A stretch of 64,000 nucleotides of DNA from Gemmatimonadaceae bacterium (GCA_030835125.1 JAUQWM010000050.1:7341-71340); one strand, 5' to 3'; shown: positions 28,249-44,682, counted from the stretch's first letter. Notes: generated by a model not told the origin, from the sequence alone. A program made the numbers and translations.

Positions 28249-29382
28249 TTATCGAGCAGTGAGTGAAAAAGACCAGACTTCAAGAAACGGATAGCCCGCC
28301 TCGTCCTCTTCGTACGCGTAGGTTATGCCTTCGCACGCGAACCCTCGCATATTCGGCTCCAGTCTTACCGAGGCGAGGACAACGCGACGGCCTGGGTCTA
28401 TGACCTCGAGAACACTGTCGTACTCAGCCGATGTCCCTGACGACGATCGCCGTTGTGACTGCGCCGTCTTCGATTTGCGACCGTCATCGAAGGACGGGTC
28501 CCTCACGGAATGCAACACCCAGAGCAGACCACTGGCGTCCTCCTGCACGTCGATGATCATGGGGCCTGTTGCCTTGGGATTTGATGGATCGCGCCGCCAA
28601 GGCTTGAACCACGTTGTTTCCACGAGAAGTCTTAGATCCAGGGTCCCGGCAGTATCCCACCGCTCGATCGTGTACTCCGTAAGCCTCGCGGACCACACTC
28701 GCCCGTCCGAAGCTGGCGCAAGCCGACGAGCGGATACAAATGGATCATCAGGTCTCATTTCCCCTGTCGTGCTTCCGAACGAACCACCTAAGACCCCTGC
28801 GGAGCTAAGAACGTGAATAGGAAGTCCAATCCGGTCGCGCGTTGGAATCGAACCTTGAAGTACAACGGCTCCATTCGCAAACGGTGCAGCCGCGGCTGGT
28901 GACGTCGGAAGAGTCAGAGTGCGGACATATTTCAGGGTGGAATCGAAAACCGTGACGCGCCGCGCCGACGGTTGGAATACCCACAGCGAGTCTCCCGGAC
29001 CAAACTTCAGTGGGAAAGCAACTCTAAACTCGCCCGGTCCTTCACCAGCGCGGCCAACCGAACGTTGAAACCGACCGAGATGGTCAAAAAGCAGGACCTC
29101 CCCTGGCCGCGACATGGTAACGGCGGCGAACTGCTGTCCTCGCTTCCGACATGCCAGCCAGGGAGCAGCGCCAATCGACCCAGGTCCATCCTTATCTCCG
29201 ACTGCTGCAACGCGAGTTGCGATGATGCGGCAATTTGGGCAGCTAGTTTCTCGCGTGACTTGAGCCGACTGCTGTGAGTGCACCCGGCCCGCCGTAAGTG
29301 CACTCAAGAGCAGCACACTCAACACGAGCTGACGCGGGCCTTTGTCAGGCAATCCCAGTAACGGTCGACGTGTTTGAGTCAT
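28249..29382 (-). CDS. 6-bladed beta-propeller-like secreted protein (GRAGEGPGEF motif)
   Basis: ATG 29382 overlaps the upstream stop (ATGA). There is a hydrophobic N-terminus (LVLSVLLLSALTAG). The GRAGEGPGEF motif is characteristic of the DUF5128 / BF3164-type 6-bladed beta-propeller family. The protein is beta-rich throughout. Confidence 0.6.
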   Translation of the reverse strand: MTQTRRPLLGLPDKGPRQLVLSVLLLSALTAGRVHSQQSAQVTRETSCPNCRIIATRVAAVGDKDGPGSIGAAPWLACRKRGQQFAAVTMSRPGEVLLFDHLGRFQRSVGRAGEGPGEFRVAFPLKFGPGDSLWVFQPSARRVTVFDSTLKYVRTLTLPTSPAAAAPFANGAVVLQGSIPTRDRIGLPIHVLSSAGVLGGSFGSTTGEMRPDDPFVSARRLAPASDGRVWSARLTEYTIERWDTAGTLDLRLLVETTWFKPWRRDPSNPKATGPMIIDVQEDASGLLWVLHSVRDPSFDDGRKSKTAQSQRRSSSGTSAEYDSVLEVIDPGRRVVLASVRLEPNMRGFACEGITYAYEEDEAGYPFLEVWSFSLTAR

Positions 29383-30542
29383 CGCGAGCGCGGCATGGGA
29401 ATCCGCATCACCCACGCGCCTTGATCGTTCCACTGCGCAAACCACACTCCATCAACAGAAGCCTGAATCGCAGCCACAGTGCGATCGGGCCATGTCCGGC
29501 ACAGTACTCGCTTCAGGAGCCCGCTCAACGCGAGCGTCGCGAGGCATGTCCGTCGCGAGCCCGGGTAGTCGTTCTCGACGACGATAACTTCGCCCGTGCT
29601 ACTCGCAGGGGCTGAGGCCAGCCTAACGACTGGAAACGTTCCTGGCAGATCGAGGTCCGCCAGCAACTCGGTAATCAGAGTGCGGAATTCCCTACGCAAC
29701 TCCGGCTCGTACCGCTGGGATGCCATCTCAGCCTCATACCATTTCGAGATTGAGTCCCGCACTACGGGCAGGTGGCGCGATGCAAGAGCGCGCGAGGGGC
29801 CGTCTCCGACGATTGGGGCGCTGCGGCGCGGTCGACTGACGAGCGTCCAAACACTATCGATCGAGCGACCGATCACTATCATCTGACCGGACGTCCTAAC
29901 GAGGAGGGGCGGAGACTCGTACGGAAGCCGCAGAGAGGTTCTCAAAGCCCCCTTGGAGCGAAGACGCCGCTTGGAACCTTGAAATTTCGCGATGGTGTCG
30001 ACGTCTAGCGTTGAGCGAACAACACGGAACACGGCCAACGAATCCACTCTCATTCCGGATGCAGGTGCTCCCTGCCTCTCCACCGCAATCCAGAGCGAGT
30101 CGCCCTCGCACCAGGCGCTTTGCGTTTTGGCACGCGACAATAATCCTGACGGTAGTTGGATAGAGCGCGGCTCGCCTTTCCCCGAGGGCGCCATCCAAGT
30201 GACTCGCTGCAGCTGATCGTCAACCCAACCACCAGTATCGTCACATCCAAACACGCGACTCACCATCCTGTACTCGCCTGGGCCAGCTCCGGCGCGACCA
30301 ATCCGTGCGCCGCTACCTGTCAGAAGATCAATAACTGCGATGCCCTGCCGCGGTCCACTCACCCAGAGATATCTGCCTGCCGCAATCGACAGTTGATCGA
30401 CTTCAGTAATTCCGAACTCCAAAACCGATATCGAGTCGACAGCGGGGCCGGCAGAATGGAGCGAGTGGATCGCGGGCTCCGCCGCGACGGCCGCGATCTC
30501 AATCAGCGCCGCTGACCCGACAACAAGCGCAAGAGTCCACAT
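29379..30542 (-). CDS. 6-bladed beta-propeller-like protein, paralog of 28249..29382
   Basis: N-terminal hydrophobic segment MWTLALVVGSAALIEIAAVAA. The equivalent motif is GRAGAGPGEYR. Length and beta-rich composition are similar to the paralog. The region is low-GC. Confidence 0.6.
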   Translation of the reverse strand: MWTLALVVGSAALIEIAAVAAEPAIHSLHSAGPAVDSISVLEFGITEVDQLSIAAGRYLWVSGPRQGIAVIDLLTGSGARIGRAGAGPGEYRMVSRVFGCDDTGGWVDDQLQRVTWMAPSGKGEPRSIQLPSGLLSRAKTQSAWCEGDSLWIAVERQGAPASGMRVDSLAVFRVVRSTLDVDTIAKFQGSKRRLRSKGALRTSLRLPYESPPLLVRTSGQMIVIGRSIDSVWTLVSRPRRSAPIVGDGPSRALASRHLPVVRDSISKWYEAEMASQRYEPELRREFRTLITELLADLDLPGTFPVVRLASAPASSTGEVIVVENDYPGSRRTCLATLALSGLLKRVLCRTWPDRTVAAIQASVDGVWFAQWNDQGAWVMRIPMPRSR

Positions 30543-30756
30543 TGGTCTTCACTCGATGCGTTGACGAAGAATAGCAAGACTATCCCCATGGGATTGCACG
30601 ATTGAGCAAATGGACCTGTCGCAAGGGAAAGTGGCCACCGTCAGTTCGGGGGTGCGAAGCGAGGACCGCCGTGTACATACAGACGATTGCGGGCAGATCC
30701 ACAGTTCGATCCGCTCTTCGGATATCGTGCCAACCATCAGACCGGCCGCTCCCCGC

Positions 30757-31050
30757 TCAACAAAGGCGACCTTTCGGGACACAGCCGGCGGCGTACGCGA
30801 TCACACCGATGAGAGACCCGAGAAGGAGCACTACTCGGGGAAATAGCACTGCATTGATCAGGCCTATTGCTGCCTCAGTCGGAAACTCCCTGCGATCGCG
30901 TCGGATCCACGCGGCCATATCGACCACAGCAGTGCGTACCGCTGCGACTCGGCTTGTTTGCCGACTCTTTAGCTCTTCGCGAAGTTGGTCGAGCTCTTGT
31001 TTTACCGAGCCGAGTGTCGGCTCCGGCACCGGGACGTGGGTGTCTGTCAT
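30757..31050 (-). CDS. Small hypothetical membrane protein (coiled N-terminus plus one TM segment)
   Basis: A 97-aa ORF at the head of the low-GC island. It contains LGSVKQELDQLREELKSRQ and then the hydrophobic LFPRVVLLLGSLIGVIAYAAG. The SD is weak. Coding status is uncertain. Confidence 0.3.
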   Translation of the reverse strand: MTDTHVPVPEPTLGSVKQELDQLREELKSRQTSRVAAVRTAVVDMAAWIRRDRREFPTEAAIGLINAVLFPRVVLLLGSLIGVIAYAAGCVPKGRLC

Positions 31051-31433
31051 TCTTGAGAGATGCCTCTCGGGCGAAGGCGGGCAGGTACTGAGTGCTTACA
31101 TCTCACGGCCAGATTGAGGCGACAAGCGCAGCGCCATCAGCGTGCTGCGCAATCTCTCACGAGCTGACAGCTTCCGGGAGGTCGCCCCTTCGATAAGGCG
31201 CCGCCGTACAACCACGGCGGCCTAACGCAGAGTAGCTGGAACTGGATAACCCGTTTGAGCGGGACCGGTACGATACGGTTCCACCAGACCTGCCCAAGTT
31301 GGCTATCCAGACCTGTATAACCCGTTTCGACGACCCCGGCAATGATCAGGACTGCACTCTACAGCACCCGCTCGCCCCTCAGATTGTCCGTCCGAAGCAA
31401 GAAACGGGAGACCCGGGTGTAATCCCGAATCCC

Positions 31434-31481
31434 CCGCCCTTTGCGCTTTGCGCCCTGCGCTCCGCCCTCCGCCCTCTGCCC

Positions 31482-31482
<1 letters not shown>
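31434..31482. repeat. Tandem heptanucleotide array, 7 units (CCGCCCT/TTGCGCT family), abutting the rpoC stop codon
   Basis: Read directly: ccgccct ttgcgct ttgcgcc ctgcgct ccgccct ccgccct ctgccct. The last base overlaps the rpoC stop (tta on the + strand at 31482-31484). Confidence 0.85.
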
Positions 31483-35798
<4,316 letters not shown>

Positions 35799-35801
35799 CG
35801 A

Positions 35802-40472
<4,671 letters not shown>

Positions 40473-40599
40473 GATTCACCCGCGGGCAGGCGAAGACGCC
40501 ACGAGTCCCCTCGGCGCGACATGGCCGGGGGAGTGGCGAAAGGGAACGGCTATTGATGTGTCGGAATGCGTCACGATGGCGGGCGGCTGGAGGTGAGTG

Positions 40600-40682
40600 G
40601 TGATTCGTGACTCGTGATTCGTGACTCGGCAGGACCGGGTTGCGCCGGTGTGCCGAGTCCCGCGTCACGAGTCACGCGTCAC
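40600..40682 (-). promoter_or_regulatory. Long imperfect hairpin (32-nt arms, 27/32 complementary, 19-nt loop) built from CGTGA(C/T)T heptamers in the rplL-rpoB spacer
   Basis: The arm at 40600-40631 (gtgattcgtgactcgtgattcgtgactcggca) pairs with the arm at 40651-40682 (tgccgagtcccgcgtcacgagtcacgcgtcac). The hairpin starts directly after the rplL stop. Its function (attenuator or processing site) is inferred. Confidence 0.6.
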
Positions 40683-41071
40683 TACTTCAGCTCCACCGTC
40701 GCGCCGGCTGCCTCGAGCTTCGACTTGACCTGCGCCGCCTCGTCCTTCGAGACGCCGACCTTCACGTCCTTCGGCGCGCCGTCGACAAGGTCCTTGGCTT
40801 CCTTCAGGCCGAGGCCCGTGAGTTCGCGGACCACCTTGATGACCTGGATCTTCTGGGCGCCCGCGCCCGTGAGCACGACGGTGAACTCCGTCTGCTCTTC
40901 CACCGCCGGGGCCGCCGCCGCGCCCGCGCCACCGGCCGGGCCGGCCGCCGCGACCGCGATGGTCACGTTGAACTTCGTCTTGAACGCCTCGGTGAGCTCG
41001 ACGAGCTCCGAGACCTTCATGTTGCCGATCGCTTCGAGGATGTCGTCACTGCTCAGGGTCGCGTTAGCCAT
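40682..41071 (-). CDS. rplL: 50S ribosomal protein L7/L12
   Basis: [36 protein letters not shown]...[56 protein letters not shown] is a canonical L7/L12 sequence. Confidence 0.95.
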   Translation of the reverse strand: MANATLSSDDILEAIGNMKVSELVELTEAFKTKFNVTIAVAAAGPAGGAGAAAAPAVEEQTEFTVVLTGAGAQKIQVIKVVRELTGLGLKEAKDLVDGAPKDVKVGVSKDEAAQVKSKLEAAGATVELK

Positions 41072-41188
41072 TGTCCATTGTCTCCATGACGTGCCCAGGC
41101 GATGCTGGGATTGTTCGTACACAATTCCAAAAGGCGACGGCGCCGGCCGGCTCACACTGCGTGAGTTGCCGCGGTCTCCGCCTGGGGT

Positions 41189-41671
41189 CTATTCGGTTTC
41201 CAGCTGCTGCTTCCGCGCCTCGAGGGCGAGGGCAAACACCATCAACACGCCGTTCATCGCGCCCGCGAACAACCCGAGCGCCACATCGCGCGTCGGCAGC
41301 GTGGCGAGCTTCCTGACTTCGGCCTCGGTCACGACCACGCCGTCGACCAGGCCACCCTTGAGCCCAGGACGCTGTTCGTTCTCCTTCGCGAAGTCGACCA
41401 GCACCTTCGCGGCGGTGACGGGATCCTTCGACACCGCGACGCCCGTGGGGCCCTTGAGCGGCTCGGCGGTCAGGCCGCTCTCGCTTACGGCGCGCAGCGC
41501 CAGCGTGTTCTTGATGACGACGTACTCGACGCCGGCCTTCCGCAGGCGGCGGCGCAACTCGGTCATCCGCTTCACGTTCAGGCCCGTGAAGTCGGTGAAG
41601 TAGAGCGCCGAGGCGCCATCCAGCTTTCCGCGCAGCTCCGATACGAGCTGTTCCTTCTGGGTTCGCTTCAT
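41189..41671 (-). CDS. rplJ: 50S ribosomal protein L10
   Basis: MKRTQKEQLVSELRGKLDGASALYFTDFTGLNVKRMTELRRRLRKAGVEYVVIKNTL matches the L10 pattern. The gene lies between rplA and rplL. Confidence 0.93.
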   Translation of the reverse strand: MKRTQKEQLVSELRGKLDGASALYFTDFTGLNVKRMTELRRRLRKAGVEYVVIKNTLALRAVSESGLTAEPLKGPTGVAVSKDPVTAAKVLVDFAKENEQRPGLKGGLVDGVVVTEAEVRKLATLPTRDVALGLFAGAMNGVLMVFALALEARKQQLETE

Positions 41672-41677
41672 CGCTCG

Positions 41678-42367
41678 TTACCGGTAGGGAGTGGCATCGA
41701 CGCGAACGCCGGGTCCCATGGTGCTGGAGACCGAGACGTTCCGGACATAGACGCCCTTGGACGACGCGGGCTTGGACCGGACGATCTGGTCCATGAACGC
41801 GCCGAAATTCGTCTCGAGGGCCTCGAGGGCGAAGGAGACCTTCCCGATGGCGGCGTGCACGTTGCCCGCCTTGTCGACCCGGAACTCGATCTTGCCCGCC
41901 TTGGATTCACGAGTGGCGCGTCCGACATCCATGGTGACGGTGCCCGCCTTGGGATTCGGCATCAGCCCGCGGGGGCCGAGCACGCGGCCCAGCTGGCCGA
42001 CCTGACCCATCTGGTCGGGGGTGGCGATCATGATGTCGAAGTCGAGCCATCCGTCCTTGATCTTCTGCAGGAACTCGCTGCCGACGAAGTCGGCGCCAGC
42101 GTCCTGCGCCTCGCGCGCCTTCTCGCCGACGGCGATGACGAGCACGCGAACGGTCTTGCCGGTCCCGGCCGGGAGCACGACGGTGCCGCGGACGATCTGG
42201 TCGGCGTGGCGCGGGTCAACGCCCAAACGCACCGCCACCTCGACCGTCTCGTCGAACTTGGCGAACGCGTTCCCCTTCACCATCTCGAGCGCCAGCCTGG
42301 GCGCGTAGGTGGCGACGATGTCGCGCTTCTCGGCCGCCGTGCGGTACTTCTTGCCGTGGGTGCGCAT
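41678..42367 (-). CDS. rplA: 50S ribosomal protein L1
   Basis: Internal ATG giving [14 protein letters not shown]...[34 protein letters not shown]. The start shares 1 nt with the rplK stop (TGATG). Confidence 0.93.
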   Translation of the reverse strand: MRTHGKKYRTAAEKRDIVATYAPRLALEMVKGNAFAKFDETVEVAVRLGVDPRHADQIVRGTVVLPAGTGKTVRVLVIAVGEKAREAQDAGADFVGSEFLQKIKDGWLDFDIMIATPDQMGQVGQLGRVLGPRGLMPNPKAGTVTMDVGRATRESKAGKIEFRVDKAGNVHAAIGKVSFALEALETNFGAFMDQIVRSKPASSKGVYVRNVSVSSTMGPGVRVDATPYR

Positions 42368-42792
42368 CAGTCCTTGACCTCCACACCCATGGAGCGGGCG
42401 GCGCCGGCAACCATCGCCATCGCCGACTCGACGGTGTCGCAATTCAGGTCGGGCATCTTCACCTCGGCGATCTTGCGGACCTGGGCCTTGGTGAGCGTGC
42501 CGACCTTCACGCGGTTGGGCTGTCCCGACCCCTTCTCGAGCCCGAGCTCCTTCTTGATCAGGATCGCCGCGGGCGGCGTCTTGAGGATGAAGGTGAAGGA
42601 CTTGTCCGCGAAGATGGTGATCTCGACCGGCAGGATCAGGCCATCCTGGCTCTGCGTGCGGGAGTTGAACTCCTTGCAGAACGCCATGATGTTGATGCCT
42701 TGCGGGCCGAGGGCCGTTCCCACGGGTGGAGCCGGGTTCGCGCGCCCCGCGGGAATCTGGAGCTTGACGAATCCGGTGACTTTCTTGGCCAT
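42367..42792 (-). CDS. rplK: 50S ribosomal protein L11
   Basis: [43 protein letters not shown] is a canonical L11 N-terminus. Confidence 0.93.
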   Translation of the reverse strand: MAKKVTGFVKLQIPAGRANPAPPVGTALGPQGINIMAFCKEFNSRTQSQDGLILPVEITIFADKSFTFILKTPPAAILIKKELGLEKGSGQPNRVKVGTLTKAQVRKIAEVKMPDLNCDTVESAMAMVAGAARSMGVEVKD

Positions 42793-43090
42793 GTGATCTC
42801 CTCTGCGTTCGCAGCAGTCGAGGAGAGAATCAGCGATCCGAGGAGCGAAACGTGAACGGAGCAACGGCATCAGGCACCAGGCATCGGTGCGTCGAGTCCG
42901 TCTCCGCTGTGCGCGTTGCGCGTTGCGCTCTGCGCCTTCTCACGTCCCGCAGTCGGCCACCCTCATCCATCCCGGCCCTGCGCTGATGACTCCCACAGTC
43001 TGATTTGCGTCGTTGTGGTATCCGACGGTGCGCTCCTCGCCGCTCAGCGGCCGCCCCGCGCAAGGGCATCCAGCAAGACATCAGGCATCG

Positions 43091-43151
43091 GGCATCAGGC
43101 ATCAGGCATCAGAGAGGAATCAGGGTTTGCTGATGCCTGATGCCTGATGCC
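43091..43151 (-). terminator. Perfect 22-bp stem / 17-nt loop hairpin made of GGCATCA heptamers, 10 nt downstream of the nusG stop (candidate terminator or structural element; no U-tract)
   Basis: 43091-43112 (ggcatcaggcatcaggcatcag) is the exact reverse complement of 43130-43151 (ctgatgcctgatgcctgatgcc). Two further GGCATC(A/G) units precede it (43077-43090). Confidence 0.55.
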
Positions 43152-43160
43152 TCTCCCTTC

Positions 43161-43724
43161 CTAGTACCCTTTCAACTGCAGGTAATCCAGCTCGACTGAG
43201 GTCGGCCGGCCAAAGAGGCTCACGCTCACGCGCACCTTGCCCTTGTCCGCCACGACCTCTTCCACCGTGCCATTGAAGTCCGTGAACGGGCCCTCGGTGA
43301 TGGTCACCGCCTGCCCGATCATGAACGGGATTTCTTCCTTCGGCGCTTCGGGCTCCACCTCTTCGGCGATGCCCAGCAGCCGGTTCACTTCCTCCTGGCG
43401 CAGCGCCATCGGCTCCACGCCCACGGGGGCGTGACCGCCGCCGTGGTGCAGGAACTTGATGACGCCCTGGATACTGTTGATGACGTGGGCCGTCTCCTGG
43501 TTCCACACCATCTCGACCAGCACGTAGCCCGGGAAGAGCTTCCGGTCCACCGTGACCTTCTTGCCGTTCTTCACCTCGACCACTTCCTGCGTCGGCACGA
43601 GCGCCTGACGGATCAGTCGCGCGTCGGCCGGCGTCGGGTCACCCTCGATGCGCCGCGCAATCAGCGACCGCACCTTGTTCTCGTGACCCGCCGTCGTCTG
43701 GATGGCGTACCAGCGATGCTCCAC
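43161..43724 (-). CDS. nusG: Transcription termination/antitermination factor NusG
   Basis: A GTG start 2 nt after the secE stop. RWYAIQTTAGHENKV...FPGYVLVEM...FTDFNGTVEEV....KVRVSVSLFGRPTSVELDYLQL shows NGN plus KOW domains. The upstream part of track ORF 43161..44183 was rejected. Confidence 0.9.
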   Translation of the reverse strand: MEHRWYAIQTTAGHENKVRSLIARRIEGDPTPADARLIRQALVPTQEVVEVKNGKKVTVDRKLFPGYVLVEMVWNQETAHVINSIQGVIKFLHHGGGHAPVGVEPMALRQEEVNRLLGIAEEVEPEAPKEEIPFMIGQAVTITEGPFTDFNGTVEEVVADKGKVRVSVSLFGRPTSVELDYLQLKGY

Positions 43725-43726
43725 TC

Positions 43727-43957
43727 CTAGCCCCCGAGGAGCGAAGGCAGCCCGCGAACGAACACGGCCTGGAAGAGCACGTCCATCAACGCGATCACCG
43801 CCCCGATGAACAGGGACAGCACGATCACGCCGATCGAGAGCTGGCGCACCTGCGGCACGTCCGGCCACGTCACCTTCTTCATCTCCGCGACCACGTCCTG
43901 ATAGAACGTGACCAGGCGCCTGAAGATGTTCGGTTGCACGATGACTTCGCTCGCCAC
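43727..43957 (-). CDS. secE: Preprotein translocase subunit SecE
   Basis: FYQDVVAEMKKVTWPDVPQVRQLSIGVIVLSLFIGAVIALMDVLF shows the SecE signature (KKVTWP plus one TM). The gene lies between rpmG and nusG. The start is uncertain (GTG 43957 or GTG 43936). Confidence 0.75.
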   Translation of the reverse strand: MASEVIVQPNIFRRLVTFYQDVVAEMKKVTWPDVPQVRQLSIGVIVLSLFIGAVIALMDVLFQAVFVRGLPSLLGG

Positions 43958-43959
43958 GA

Positions 43960-44112
43960 TTACTTGGTTTCCTTGTGGACCACGTGCTTGTTGCAGCGCG
44001 GGCAGTACTTCTTCCACTCGACTCGCTCCGGGTGCACCCGGCGGTTCTTCGTGGTGAAGTAGTTGCGGTTCTTGCAGTCGTTGCAGGCGAGGATGATCTT
44101 GTCTCTTGGCAT
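43960..44112 (-). CDS. rpmG: 50S ribosomal protein L33
   Basis: Not in the ORF track (50 aa). My own translation of the minus strand gives [50 protein letters not shown], a canonical L33 with a CxxC...CxxC zinc ribbon. Confidence 0.9.
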   Translation of the reverse strand: MPRDKIILACNDCKNRNYFTTKNRRVHPERVEWKKYCPRCNKHVVHKETK

Positions 44113-44187
44113 GACACGCTGACGGGGGACGTGAGACGGGTGACGGGAGATCGTTCCCTGCCAGCCTCACACCTGTTCTTCAAACAG

Positions 44188-44260
44188 AGCTCGCGACCGG
44201 GATTGAACCGGTGACCTCACCCTTACCAAGGGTGTGCTCTACCGACTGAGCTACGCGAGC
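44188..44260 (-). tRNA. tRNA-Thr (anticodon GGU)
   Basis: Minus-strand sequence GCTCGCGTAGCTCAGTCGGTAGAGCACACCCTTGGTAAGGGTGAGGTCACCGGTTCAATCCCGGTCGCGAGCT. The acceptor stem has 7 bp, the anticodon stem is CACCC/GGGTG with loop TTGGTAA, and the T-loop is GGTTCAATCC. No CCA is encoded. Confidence 0.9.
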
Positions 44261-44276
44261 GGGCCTTCAACGATAG

Positions 44277-44349
44277 AGCGGGAGACGGGGCTCGAACCCG
44301 CGACATCGAGCTTGGAAGGCTCGCGCTCTACCAACTGAGCTACTCCCGC
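44277..44349 (-). tRNA. tRNA-Gly (anticodon UCC)
   Basis: Minus-strand sequence GCGGGAGTAGCTCAGTTGGTAGAGCGCGAGCCTTCCAAGCTCGATGTCGCGGGTTCGAGCCCCGTCTCCCGCT. The anticodon loop is CTTCCAA. Confidence 0.9.
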
Positions 44350-44429
44350 AATCCCCAGCAACGAAGCCATCAGTATCCCGCTCCAGCACTACGCCTGCCA
44401 CGTTCGCATTCGTTAGGTCCGCACCACCA

Positions 44430-44512
44430 TGGTGGGGGAAGGATTCGAACCTTCGAAGGCGTGAGCCGGCAGATTTACAGTCTGCTCCCGTTGGCCGCTT
44501 GGGTACCCCACC
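44430..44512 (-). tRNA. tRNA-Tyr (anticodon GUA), long variable arm
   Basis: Minus-strand sequence GGTGGGGTACCCAAGCGGCCAACGGGAGCAGACTGTAAATCTGCCGGCTCACGCCTTCGAAGGTTCGAATCCTTCCCCCACCA. The anticodon loop is CTGTAAA. Confidence 0.9.
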
Positions 44513-44550
44513 GCAAGCGCGCTTTCGCTGAGGCCGATTCGCCGTCCCAG

Positions 44551-44623
44551 AGCTGACGGCGAGAGTCGAACTCGCAACCGCCTGATTACAAATCAGGTGC
44601 TCTGCCAGTTGAGCTACGTCAGC
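44551..44623 (-). tRNA. tRNA-Thr (anticodon UGU)
   Basis: Minus-strand sequence GCTGACGTAGCTCAACTGGCAGAGCACCTGATTTGTAATCAGGCGGTTGCGAGTTCGACTCTCGCCGTCAGCT. The anticodon loop is TTTGTAA. Confidence 0.9.
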
Positions 44624-44648
44624 ACCCAGCCAATAGCGCGAGCCAAGA

Positions 44649-44677
44649 ACGATAGCCGGGTGGGAAAAGCGTGTCAA
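44649..44677 (-). promoter_or_regulatory. Candidate sigma70-type promoter of the tRNA/rpmG-secE-nusG unit (TTGACA-17 nt-TATCGT)
   Basis: On the minus strand, TTGACA (44677-44672) is followed by a 17-nt spacer and TATCGT (44654-44649). It ends about 25 nt upstream of the mature 5' end of tRNA-Thr(UGU). This is a sequence match only. Confidence 0.4.
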
Positions 44678-44682
44678 GCAAT

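Noticed and set aside
30549-30782. A 77-aa minus-strand ORF (GTG start) ending 6 nt upstream of the first propeller gene.
   Set aside because: The tight spacing is suggestive. However, it overlaps the 97-aa ORF by 26 nt, lacks an SD, and has no recognisable features. It is mentioned in the island finding but not called as a gene.
31246-31327. An 11-nt direct repeat, ATAACCCGTTT, at 31246-31256 and 31317-31327 near the right edge of the island, as a possible att-like duplication.
   Set aside because: It is only 11 nt. Both copies lie on the same side of the island, 71 nt apart, and there is no matching copy at the left boundary. This is compatible with chance.
27600-31430. Calling the low-GC island a prophage, integrative element or transposon.
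   Set aside because: No integrase, transposase, phage structural genes, flanking tRNA or long direct or inverted terminal repeats were found. It is reported only as a compositional island.
43725-44183. The upstream extension of the nusG ORF (track 43161..44183, 340 aa) and ORF 43727..44170 (147 aa).
   Set aside because: The extensions run through secE and rpmG, which are supported by their conserved sequences. NusG homology begins at the GTG at 43724, and SecE homology begins about 43957.
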